DNA from: Raillietiella orientalis
Taxonomy: Eukaryota
DNA: 64,000 bases
Assembly (NCBI GenBank): GCA_036172245.1
Contig: JAYWIR010000051.1
Coordinates: forward strand, 930,001 to 994,000
Reading direction: 5' to 3'
The position numbers and the translations under genes were made by a program. The notes beneath the pieces were generated by a model. The model did not search any database. It saw nothing but the letters and a program-made list of their open reading frames with translations, and was not told the DNA's origin. This document shows positions 13,951 through 25,100 of the stretch, piece by piece. Position 1 is the stretch's first letter, and every line of letters begins with the position of its first letter.

Positions 13951-14800
13951 GATATCCCAAGGCATTTCTTACATAATGTAATAAAAATATATTGTTGTGG
14001 TAGAAGGTCCTTGGTTCTACCACGTGCGAGGAACCTGCCGAAGAGCGGTGCACAGACCGGCGAGGTCCGCTTCGGCAGCGCGAGGGAGGAGAAAACACAA
14101 AAAAATAAACACACCAAAACAGCGGCGGGGTAATTCTTCATGGGGAGGGGAGAGGACCACAGTACGCTGCCAGATGCCCTCTGCATCCTGTTCAGGATGC
14201 TGGCAAGTTCCGTCCGTAAGCGCCCCTCATGTGAGGCCATCTCGAGGCGGTCTTCAGGGAGGTCCTCTCCATTTCGGCCTCTTCCTGGCGTTCCAGACCT
14301 CCGTGATCTCGCAGAGACAGCAAGAGAACTGAGAGGGACGCGGGTCGCGACAGTGCGGCACACACCTTGAAAATGTCCCTGGGGCTGCCCACCGGGGTTC
14401 CTAGGGTCGCCGCAAAGCTATCCCAAAGGGGTCAGAGGGCAGCACAGTAAAGCAGCAGCAGGTGCGGGAGGATCTCCTTCCCTCTCCTGCCGCACCTATC
14501 GGGTCCAATGACGAAGGCGCGCTTTGCACGGGATTCCCCCATGCACTACCAACAACTCCCACTCCTGCCGCGTGAGGAGTAGGGTGTCACTACTCCAGCA
14601 CTCTGGGGGCCACCCCACCTCCTCCGAAGGGATGGAGAACAGCTCTCCCTAGCGCGGGAGTCCTTGGAGTGGGACACGAGGGGTCGCAGCGTCCGTGACT
14701 TCCTGAGTTGTACCCGAAGCCCCCGAAGTTCCGTCCTTGCCGCGGTGCAGCACAACACTTCCCGCCTTGCCGGAATCACGCTCTTCCTTGCTTCCTTTAG
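13951..14800 (-). mobile_element. L1/Tx1-type LINE 3' fragment
   Basis: RCG..EILPHLL..CAAL*PLWDSFAATLG and C-terminus LRTELASILNRMQR. The 3'UTR motif ggacctcgccggtctgtgcaccg is shared with other copies. Partial terminal motif at 13951-13970. Confidence 0.7.
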
Positions 14801-14984
14801 GGAGGGCAGCATCGGGCAAGGGGGGAAATATGATGATGACATTCCTCTTGGCTTCTTTTCTGTTTCTCCCTTTTCCTTCCAGCCTCTTTCTTGGGCGTGG
14901 GATGGGGTTCCTTTTTTTCGTCCGCCAACTACTCAAGGAGAACCGTTCGCCTGGGGGCTCAAGAAGCTCTTTGACACCGCTCCT

Positions 14985-15665
14985 GCCACCCAAGGGTGCA
15001 CGTAGTAACTCTTCAAATTAGGAAATACTCCGGTAGGGGACCACCTTATGAATCCAGGAAGGAGTCCGCTCCTCTTACGCTTGGGAGGGAATCATCCCAC
15101 CCTCATCCTTGTTCTTTCCGGAGGGACCTCCCAGAGAGGGCCGCTCCACTGTTTCTAATACGAAGGGAACCCGGAAAGGATCCGCTATTAGGAATTTCTC
15201 CGGAGGGAACCCGCAAGGGAGCTGCTCTCCATCTCCTCCTCCTCTGGAGAGAACCCCGAAGGGACTCTTCCCGACTTTCTCCGAAGAAACGCTCCCGAAG
15301 GGAGCAGTGCGCTTCTGCACACTCTGGAAAGGCATCCATCCACCAGCTCCATGGTACAAGATGGAGGGTCCCCCACCGAGGGGAAGACGGCTTTATTTCC
15401 ACAACCAGAGGGTAACCCTGAAGGGTACCCTGGTTCCTAGAAGGACCCCGGAGGGTCGATTTGCAATCCTGGCCAGTCAACAAGGGGCATCCGGCTTCCA
15501 CCAGTGCCGTGCCTGAAGCCAACCAAGGCAAACCAGCGTCATCTTGCGGGGAAACTCGAAATTCACGACGCACCCCCAGGATTTCTCAGCATCGATCCTT
15601 CCTTCCCCGGGTGGAATTCGAACCCTCGACGCTCGATGGTGCCGCAGCCACGCAGCCGGCAAGGC
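14985..15665 (-). mobile_element. tRNA-headed SINE-like element, copy A
   Basis: Pol III B-box-like GGTTCGAATTCC (reverse complement of 15613-15624) near its 5' end. Collinear similarity over ~650 bp to 48862-49511 in the opposite orientation. Many short GC hairpins. Confidence 0.7.
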
Positions 15666-16232
15666 AGACATCGGTGAGTCAGCAGAGGGAACCTCGCTTC
15701 CTAGGCGTGCCATTTCCGAAGCCGCTAAGGCCCACGAGTCCACGTACACACGTTGCTACTGGACATGCTGGGGGCACTCAAACCGCTCTGGAAAGCGCGC
15801 GACACGCGCCTGCCGTGCTCATTCGCCCGCGTTTCTGGTGGCGGCCGCTCGTGGCCCTGGTGCACCCTCATCAAGCGTTTTGTTTCTGGAAGCGGACAGC
15901 GGTCACCCCCGACTTCTCGAGGGAAGGTGCCCCATCAGAAGTGGATCGGATCCCCCACTCTCTGCCTTTGTCCGAGACCGTGGACCTTTCTTCCGCCCTA
16001 TGGATTCTTCCTTCCTCGCGTGGTGGGCTTTGCTGGCTCTCCGCAGGCGAGGTCTCGCCCCGACTCGTCGGGCGTCATCCCTCGACGGACCCGGGAAGCG
16101 GTTTGCGTTCGGCTTTTCGAGTCTCCCCCGGCTTCTCAGGCAGGAGCTTCGCGGAAACTGCCATGGTGCCTCGCAACGATCAATGGAGGAGGGGAGGAGG
16201 CTGCCTACGAAAGCTCCGTCTGCTCCAGTTTC

Positions 16233-17200
16233 GATTCTCATCCGGGAGCGCCAAGGTGTTTATTTATAAATTAAATAAACATTTACCATTTCTATGGTTG
16301 ACCGATAGTCCAGCCTCGTCCTTATTTGATCGAACCTGCCGCGTTACCGGTTCGCAGACCAGTGAGGTCCACCACGGCAGCAGAGGGGAGGGGGCAAAGA
16401 GGGCAAAAAGGAAACAAAAATGAAAATAAAACAATTTTGGGGGTGGAGGTGGGAAGGGATCACTGTCTGCTGAGAGCGGTCCTCTGCATCCTATGGAGCA
16501 TGCCGACAAACTCTTGCTGGATATGGCTGTTCAAGTGGGGCCACGAACTAGGGGCCAAGCCCCCGAAGTTACATCCTTGCCGCGGTGCAGCACAACACCA
16601 CCTGGTTGCAGTAAACCGTAAGTTTACTACAACCAGGCACTACCGTTCGCGGGCGGCAGGAGACTCATCCGATGTTCTTCCAAATCAGCGTGGCTACCCG
16701 AAGCTGCAGTCCACAGTGGAAAATGTTGCGGGGAAGGAGTGCAAGGGAGGACAAGTCCTGCGCTGCTGGTGGCCTACTCGACAAGGAGGCATGCAGGAGC
16801 ACACCAAGTGGGGCTCCAAAACTTAGCCACGAGGGCAGCTCGGAACTAGAGCTGCTGAAGCTCCAGCCGCTCCAGTGTCAGGAGACCGAGAACACCGTTC
16901 CGACGAGGAGCTCTTAAGTCCTTCAGGAGGACTCAGCGCATCCCCTTGTTCCAAAGGGAATTTTCAGGAAGTTGTTCGTCTGCTTTCTGATCTTCTTCGG
17001 TGAGGAACAAACAAAAAGTAGAGGGCCAAGGAGGGGGACCGCGAAGGAGTTCCACATCGCGGATCGTTCTTGAAGGTGAAACCTGCTTCCCTGGAACAGG
17101 CCGAGCGTCTGGTCTGCCTTCTGGAGGTGGCCGGACCAGGCTTCTGCAATGCATAAGTCCCCCAAAGGAATGTTAGCTTCGAGGTGTTCGTTAGCTTCAG
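16233..17200 (-). mobile_element. L1/Tx1-type LINE with internal deletion (thumb region joined directly to the 3' end)
   Basis: 16545-17200 encodes RSAMWNSFAVP..., SLWNKG..LRAPRRNGVLGL (GGLGL-type motif). At ~16545 it jumps to the last codons and 3'UTR, which are near-identical to 7654-7965. Confidence 0.75.
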
Positions 17201-17215
17201 CTTCAGCTTCAGCTT
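17193..17215. repeat. (AGCTTC)n short tandem repeat
   Basis: agcttcagcttcagcttcagctt is visible directly. Confidence 0.8.
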
Positions 17216-17302
17216 TTTCTCCACGCGAGTTCTACTTCCGACTGGAAGATGGCGCGCCACACCGCTCCTGCGCTCGCTTCAGCAGCTTTCGCTGACGGGG
17301 GG

Positions 17303-18130
17303 GAGTACAACCCGGTCACGCCGGGGCGTTTATTGAAAACACTGTACGTTCGTGGTACGAGGCCCCACTACGTCCAATACTTCTCGGGATCTGCCGGGTT
17401 GCCGGGACGTAGACCGGCTTGACTCTCCTCGGCAGCGGAGGGGGATGGGGGGAAAAACAAAAAGAAAAATAAAGGAAACAAAAAAATCGAAACACTTTGG
17501 AGGGCCGGGAAGGAATCACAGTCTGCTGGGAGGAGCGTCCATCCTTCGCAGGAAGCCGACGAGGTCCATCTGCATGCTTCCCAGATGGGACCATCCTATC
17601 GTGACTTGCTGGTAGCGACCCGCGTGTACGATGGGGTCCCTATCGCTGCTTCCTCTGTTGGCTGCGCTCCACGCACCCACAATCCCTCGGAGGCAGCAGA
17701 GCGCTTCCAGGACTGAGGCTGGTTGCAGGGCGTCTCGTACGAAGGGGAGGAGTGCAACGTCTCTGGAGGGGCTGCGAACCAGGATCCGAGAGTCTTCCTA
17801 AAACGTTCCCACAAGGGCCAGAGGGCAGCGCAGTCCACTAACAGATGGGGGAGGGATTCCTTCTCCCCGCACACTGCACAGTTCTGTCTCACTTTCCCCA
17901 ACGTCCAGTAGTGGCGAAGCGGACGACGCGATGTCCAGCTGTTGCAGGGGAGACCCCAGTGCAACAGCTGGATCGCCGACTCCTGCCACTTGAGGGGGAG
18001 GGTGGACGAGTCTGTAAACACCAGGGGTCACTTAAAGTCATCCGACGGGATGCCCAGCAGCTCGCCCTATCTCTGTAGTCCTCGCGGAAGGACGCTCGGG
18101 GTCGCAGCATCGCCCAGCTCCCTCATGGTC
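17303..18130 (-). mobile_element. L1/Tx1-type LINE 3' fragment
   Basis: TLPLKWQESAIQLLHWGLP...CAVCGEKESLPHLLVDCAALWPLWERF. 3'UTR, then AATAAA-CGCCCCGGCGTGACCGGG terminus (17303-17334). Confidence 0.78.
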
Positions 18131-19009
18131 CAACCGCTTGACGTCTTGACCGCTTGACGGGGGGAGAGGGCATGCGATGGTTAACCCTTTCGCGAGGCAG
18201 TTCCGCGATGTGACAGCGGGTAGATCTTCGTGTTTGCAGACACGTGACGTGCACTCCATTCAAGTGAGAACACCAATCTTTGGGCCCACTGCTCCTCCTC
18301 CTCTCACCATTACACTTTTTGGGCCCTGGAGCACTCTCGAGCTCGCAGATGATCACAAATGATGATAATAATAAAAATGGAAGCTTATTCTTACAGTAAA
18401 GACACGGAGTAGCATAAGTGGCCGCCGGCCCTCTCGCCCAAGTATGACTCGTTGAGCATTCTACCAGCGAGTATGAAAGCAAGAGGAGGGGATGGAAAGG
18501 GACGTCTGGCATTCGAAGGGCGTAACTGTTTCACAAGCGCTTGCGAACGATCATTGAAATTCTTCTGCACTCTTAAGCAAATGTGGTGCGTTCAAAGGAG
18601 AAAAGCCGGCGAACATTCATTCAGAAAATTTCCGAGCAAGAAATTCCTACTCTCTCTCGAGCACGACAGCCAGAAACTTAGATGGGGAGTTGAATTTCGA
18701 TTCAACTTTCGTCCGGTAATGCCGAGCGTGAGTGACTGCGAAGGGGTCCGACGCGTCTTCCTGATGCGTTTCACGGGATGGATCGAATCAGTTGATCGTT
18801 GTTAGGAAACATCGCACTCCCGAGATTACGAACTGATATCTTCAGAAAGTCGGCAATGGTTTTTCCTACGCCAAGAGACGCCTCTCGCCGCGATGCGGAC
18901 GTCTCTCCTCACGAACCGTGCGTGCCCGTCCATTCGCAGTTTAACAGCACGTCCTGCTGTTTCCTTATTGGGGTTTCCAGCGCAACCAGCGTAGGAACCG
19001 GATTTCCGG

Positions 19010-19210
19010 GGGCGTTGTGTCCCCGGGAAACTGTCTGAAGTGTGGGGCGATTCAGCCGTTCCAGCACCTCCTGTCGGACTCCGGTGCCCTCCAAGAACTT
19101 TGGAGGAGGCTGGACGCTGCACTGCTGCACAGCGGAGACACCGCAACGGACTTTCTGCGGCGATTGCTCGCGAGAGGTGGAGCCACGACAGGCACCGCGA
19201 TAGCGATGAC
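19010..19210 (+). mobile_element. L1/Tx1-type LINE zinc-finger fragment
   Basis: SPGNCLKCGAIQPFQHLLSDSGALQELWRRLDAALLHSGDTATD aligns to SPNCKRCGEVETLPYLLLDCGALLGPWRSLASALLHQGNTARD at 20.4-20.5 kb. Confidence 0.6.
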
Positions 19211-19944
19211 GTTTGTCACCCGGATATGCCGGGCACTTATAGATGAAAATTTTTTACAAAAAATTATATAATAAAGTCGTCAATGTTCTTTAAGTGGTAG
19301 AACACTTTGTTCTATCAGACTCGGGAGACTTGCCATAAACCGGTACGCAGACCGGTGAGGTCCTCTCCAGCGGCAAAGGGGAAGGAAAAAACAAAACAAG
19401 AATAAACGAAAAGAATTGCGAAGGGGAGGAAAATGTTTTTTCGGAGAGGGGAGGGCAGGGAATAGATTACTGTTCGCGTGGATTGGTCCTCTGCATCCTG
19501 TTCAGGATGCTGACAAGTGCTGCTCTTGAATTATTCCGGTGGAGCCATCTTGCCGCGTTCTGCAGAAAGATCGTTGTCCAGTGCATGGCGTTCCAGCTGT
19601 TTTGCCTTCTTCTTTTGGCGTTCCACCTTGCCACGATTCCGCGAACACAGCAGATAACTCCTAGAGATGCGGTGGGGGGCAGGGCATCACGTCTGAAGAG
19701 GAGCCGGAAGATATCTTTAGGGTCTCCTGCCGGAAGATTCGGAATCGACGAGAGTCGATCCCAAAGTTCACAGAAGCCGACGCAGTCTATTAGGAGATGC
19801 GGGAAGGTTTCGCTTTCGCCGCACTCTGCACAACGGGCATCCACGCTCCCCACGTCCAATGAGAGAGGCATGCTCTGCACGGGATTCCCCAATGCAAGAA
19901 TAGCAACGCCGTCTTCTGCCACTTCATGGGAAGGGTGCTACTCT
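19211..19944 (-). mobile_element. L1/Tx1-type LINE 3' fragment
   Basis: TLPMKWQKTALLFLHWGIP, CAECGESETFPHLLIDC, LVSILNRMQR*. Terminus TATAAG-TGCCCGGCATATCCGGGTGACAAAC at 19211-19241. Confidence 0.8.
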
Positions 19945-20990
19945 GTTTCTCACCCGGGTGCACCGGGGCGTTTATTGCTAAACTATCCGGGAACAGAGTT
20001 CCCGGACAAAGGACACAGAAAAAACGAAGGGAGGGATCCCCGACACGCAGGTCGGTAAACCGAAAGTCCGGAATAGGAGGGAGGGGACCACAAATACACT
20101 TATAAAAAAATAAAAATAAAGATATGGAGGGTAGGGGACAGGGGTCTTTGGTAAGGCCGTTTCTTCCTTTCAGAACCGGCGATGGATGCCGGCGATCTCT
20201 CTTCTCACGCTCTCTGGCAGATGGGCCCACTGGGCAGCCGACGACATGTTTGCGCTGGCTAATCCGGTGGGCTGACGAAGGATGGCCAGCTTCTCCAACT
20301 CTCGGTGGGCCTTATCGATGGCGCGGGTGCAACACACGGTTGCAACGACAGCACCTAAAGACAGGCCGCCTGTCGTGAAGGAGCCTCAAGTCTCTTGCGG
20401 TGTTCCCCTGGTGCAGGAGAGCTGAGGCCAGGCTCCGCCACGGTCCTAGGAGGGCACCGCAGTCCAGGAGCAGGTACGGGAGCGTTTCCACTTCCCCGCA
20501 CCGCTTACAGTTTGGGGAGACAACTCCCCCGGAAACATGGTTCGTCCGCTGGTTGGAGTGAAAACCCCAATGCAACCAGCATGATGACGTCCTGTTCCCA
20601 AATCAAAGGAAACACAGAAGTGTTCAAACAGGAGGGAGGGACCACAAGTTCTTCGGGGGGCACACTCAAATGTTCGCTCCACCGAAGGAGTCCTTTCGCG
20701 ATGTAGCGAGGCGTGGCGGCGTCTGCCAGCTCGCTAGTCCTCCAGCCGCCCATGGGTCGGGTTGCTCCTGCGATGGTGCAGGCGACCTCCCACCTCGCCA
20801 GTAGGCAGCTGTCATCACTGTGCCAACACGCTGGAGCCCACTTCACTTCCTCCGGAGGTATTGCGGGCAGCTCGCCCCAGCGCAGAAGTCCTTTAGGCGG
20901 AACGCTCGAGATCGCAGCTCCCGCTAACTGCCGAGTTGTCCACGCCTTCAACAGTTTTTTCCTGCCTCCGATGGGGCAGGACACTTACTA
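19945..20990 (-). mobile_element. L1/Tx1-type LINE 3' fragment (second subfamily), head-to-tail with the previous copy
   Basis: LHWGF..CKRCGEVETLPYLLLDC and C-terminus REIAGIHRRF*. Terminus AATAAA-CGCCCCGGTGCACCCGGGTGAGAAAC (19945-19976) abuts the next copy. Confidence 0.75.
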
Positions 20991-20999
20991 AAATTCCCG

Positions 21000-21562
21000 G
21001 TCGTTGCTGTCCCTAGCTTTCCTCAGGAAGGGCAGTACTGGAGCAAGGGGAGTTGCACCCCTGCCATCGTTACGACCCGCCATTTGCTGTAGTCTTGGGC
21101 GCAGCGAACGGAGGTCGCCAGCAGCGCAGCTTGTCCACCTGAGGATGGCTGCCAGGTGGCCTCACCAATACGTGGAAGTCAAGGAGGAGATCACCGATAT
21201 CCTGCGCCGCTTCTGAAAGAAAGGAACGGACATTGCTGATGACCATTTTACCCGCCTTCCTTTTTATAAAATTGTTTACTGCCCACCCCCGCACGCTTCG
21301 GACTTTTCCCTGTGTTTCCTGAAGGAACGGGAAAAACCAATGACCCTACCTCTGCCCTCCAATTAATTTTTGTTTTTGTTTTTTTGCCCCTATGGGCCCT
21401 CTCTGGGCGTTCAGGAAACCGGTCGGGCGTGTCGTTGAAGTCTCCCCTCGAACTTCCTTTGGGATTTTTTATACGGGGGGCGCCGTCTCGAAGACTGCTT
21501 TTCTAACTTGTAGGTTTATTATTTTTGCCAAATAAATGCTCCGGCGTTAACGGGTGCAAATC
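21000..21562 (+). mobile_element. L1/Tx1-type LINE 3' fragment
   Basis: AICCSLG...MAARWPHQYVEVKEEITDILRRF* is the same C-terminus as the 20.2 kb copy. Terminus AATAAA-TGCTCCGGCGTTAACGGGTGCAAATC at 21531-21562. Confidence 0.68.
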
Positions 21563-22299
21563 CACTCGCGGTTTCGAGCTAGGGTTGCCAAGTTTCCCCA
21601 AGTTGTCGGAAGGGGGAGCAAAGGCGCTGCTCAGCCTCTTGTGCATCAGCCTTCCCCTACTGCTCACCTCGGATCAAGTTCGATGAAGTTGCGGAGTTGG
21701 TACCTTGACTAGGTGACTGCCCATTGCTGATCCACAGAACCACAAGTTCTCTATCGCTTGTCGCTCTGACCTGGACAGCACGTTTGCCATTGCTACCACC
21801 GTTTACGTGCGTCGCGGTAGGAAAGTGCGGGCGGCGAAACTTTCGGAACAGCGGCAGAAAATTGCGCTCGCAACTTCCTCGTATCGAGTAGTGTGCTGAC
21901 CGTGGTCCGAACGCAAGGGTGCGGCTGGGAGAATCACTTTATCCGATGAGCAGCCGATAAGCCGACGGCAGCACTCGCTTAGCTGCGCACAGCATGCTAA
22001 GCAGAAGGAACTAAGAAATCGCGCACAAGCCGAATTCCCTCAAGAGCCAACACTTGTCGGCTATTACATCGGGGAAGATCAGGGAGAGGTGCGGCCCCAC
22101 CGGATTCGACGTTTTGCACTCAACAGAGGCGGGGAATGAGAGGCATCTGTGTCTCTTCGCGTCTTTCCCTCCGCGGAGTGTCGATGTTCCACCCTACATA
22201 CAGGGGCCGCTCCGTTCCCGTTGGTTTCCCTTCGCATTCCTCCGACTCGCCCACCCGGTTGCTTAGGAGAGATCTCAGAAGCGGCACTTCAGATCATAC

Positions 22300-25100
22300 G
22301 CATAACTTCCATTCTTCTTCGACGCTTCTTCTCGGCGTTCACGAAGTCTGCAAGCCTTCACCGGGTGGCCCCCAGCCGCCAGAGATCTCTGGACCCTCCA
22401 GAACGCATGAATATCTTCTCTTCCACCTGGTGAAGGAGGTGCACTTCATCCCTTTGCAGCGAAGACGCTTTCTGGAAAGAAAACCAGTTCGCCCTGGGTC
22501 TTTCTTCCAGCTGAATAGCCCGACAGTCCGGTGGCTTGGCACGATCGCCCCAAACCGTGAGCGGCGTGACTGCCGCACGAAAGCCACACGCCTGTTCCTT
22601 CATGCACCAAGGTAAGGAGGCAAGTTCGTTCCTGGGAACAGTCAAGGTCTCGGAGGAACAGCTTTCTCAAAGCATCGAGTGCTGAGCTCGGGCACGGGAA
22701 TCCGCCATCGGGTCTGAAGCAGCAGCAGCCTCTTGCAAGCGCAGTGCGCCTGCTTCCTCCTCCACCTCGCCCCTGGTGTGAAGACCAAGTTAGATTAGAC
22801 TGCTCTCCACGAGATGCCGCCACTTTCTCCCTCTCCCAAATAGCCCTGCCGGACACTAGACCCCAGCCTCCCTGTTCGGATAAGGCACGATTGGCTTATT
22901 GGGCATTTCGCTCTCAGCATGGGAAGGACGTAGCCTCTATTCAGCTGTCATGCCGGAACGCAGTGGCCTCCGAAGCGCATGTCTGTCCAGCTTTCGCTTG
23001 AAGTCACTTGTATCGAAGAAAGGGCAATGATTAGGAGACTGCAATTTAGGAAGTCTTCATCTTCACAGTTCCCATGTCAGCTTAAAAAAGCTCCTACATA
23101 ACCTATGCTTCCTCACACCTTTAGTGCCGGGATCTCCACCCACAAGCAACAGATGAAGACTAGGAAAAAACTCGGACTGCGTCCGATGCGAACCCAAAAG
23201 TTCGATCCTCATGGTAGACAGTACTGGGAGAGAGTGGAGGGTGGATAGAGAGGGAAATGCATTGAGGGAGGATGGGACGAGAGCGTATTATCTGCCGAAG
23301 GCAGCGGTCCACGAGGGCGAAAGGGAGGCAGGGAGGACCTTTCATTGGTGATGAGACCAATGTCTGCATGTGATCCTCAAGATCGGACGGCGCCCCGCGT
23401 AAGGGAGGCGATCGCTGAAGGGACTATCTTGCGGCGGGGACACTCTGCCATCGAAGCCGCCCCTACCACTCGTAGGTAACAAATCTGCAAAAGATGACCA
23501 ACTGGTGAGGTCGAAGAGCAAATGTTCTCCGCAATCCCCCGTAAAAAGCGTTGAGAACCCTTATCATTTGTCGTCAAAAAGGACAGAAATCTCCAAAGCG
23601 CTGGATTTCTGCGCATTCCAGTAGTATGCGGAGAATGTTGGTCACTTGGTCACACGGAGCTCAGCCCTTGGGAACCGTCCATGCGGAGGCGTGGCGCCCT
23701 GGTTGCTACGGGAGAGAGAGGCTGGCTGCCCAGCATGGTGTTTGCACGCGCCGAGGCTTCCAATAGGAATCTGTGGATCTCGGGTACTCAGATACTTCTT
23801 GGAAAGAGTTCCAAGTCCCTCCGTCTGTGAGGATTCTCGGGTGAGGTTTGGTACGCCAGCTACATCGCGCTCCGCTATGCAAAGAAATCTGTGACCCCCG
23901 GCGATCTGGAAAATAGCCTCCTTGGTTGCAGGTAGAGCAATCACGGCATGTCCGCTCAGGGAAGCAGGAGAAAGGGTCGTGCGGTACCGACAAAGAGTGG
24001 TATGAGCTCAAGGAGGAGCAGTTGTTGATACTTCGGCGAGGAAACCCCTCCCTTGTTACTAAGGGAACTCTACTTCTGTTAGTTGCACACGGTCCTTCGG
24101 AAGCGGATTCGCTGATTCTAAACGCAAAGCATTTCGTTTCTACCGGCGGTAGTGAGTCCGATCGTTGCTTCTCCGACATCGCTACTTGCCTTTGAGGAGG
24201 TCCCACGTTTAGATGGGGCCCCCTGTTGCCGAGTGGGTGAAGCGTGGCCCCCGGCGTTTCGATGCATTGATTGTACGCTACGAGACTGCAGCAGGAGCTG
24301 CTTAGTGCGAATCAGTCCACCGCTGGACGGACTTTTGCACAGCTCCATCCTTCCGGCAGAAGGAAGGCACCGGACGGCGAGATGACCAGGAGCAACCAGG
24401 TACAGGCAGTGAGGAGAGACCAAGACTTCCCATGTTCCCGGCAGAGAGCACCTTCCTGCATCAGAAATCGTGAATCTGCGAAAGGGGACGGAGAACACGC
24501 TGCTCCGAGCAGGGAGAGACCACGTCTCTTCTGAAACAGACCCGCAGGCATTCTCAAGAGCGTTGACCTGGCCGACAAAGACCGCTCCTCAACGCAGTGG
24601 CGTTGAAAGTCTGGACTTCTCTGCCTACTCAGCCCCGCCTGCGGACGAACCTGGCTGAGGCTGCCGTGGGCAGACCACGGGAACCTCAGCCAGGGAGGAA
24701 GGATCTCATCCACCAGCAGAGGAAGCGGGTCGTCGGTTTAGGCCGCCACAACGAAGGGCAATAGACTGTGGACCTCTGAGGGTAAGGCGAGCTCTGCACC
24801 CAGCACCAATTAGAAGATGCCGAGGATCAAGATGCCATCCATCCTTTTCACGTTACTTTCGTCCATGCGGAGGCACCGGGATGGAAGGATGTTGACCTGC
24901 CGCACCACGTCGGGAGCAGGTGCGTCGAAAGAACGGGCTCCTTGGCTGAGCGATGCACACTGTTTCTTTGCCACGGGAGGTAGCCTGAGCCATGAGTGCG
25001 AGCGCAAAGTCTCCCAAGACAGTTTCCTCTGCATCAAGAAGGGAAAGAAGGGGAGTCACAAGGAACGCCTGCCCGGGATTCCAGCTTCCCAAGTCTGTTC
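22300..25100 (-). mobile_element. Degenerate L1/Tx1-type ORF2 (APE, RT and thumb remnants)
   Basis: Remnants in the correct order on the minus strand: PGHLAVRC (SDH-like, ~24.38 kb), frameshifted DG.P.AE (~23.67 kb), NPALWRFLSFLTTNDK (NWRPISLLNxDYK-like, ~23.58 kb), PYLG (~22.61 kb), GGWG (~22.37 kb). Many frameshifts. Confidence 0.45.

Noticed and set aside
15600..15670. tRNA gene (also at 48862-48920)
   Set aside because: A B-box and T-arm are present but there is no complete cloverleaf, and it is embedded in a repeated 650-bp unit, so I treat it as a SINE head.
15461..16423. 320-aa plus-strand ORF and overlapping ORFs
   Set aside because: It runs antisense across the SINE head and a LINE 3'UTR and has no domain-like sequence; a chance ORF in GC-rich DNA.
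18181..18200. TTAA-CCCTTT piggyBac-like end (also TTAACCCCC at ~51203)
   Set aside because: No matching inverted end or piggyBac transposase remnant was found.
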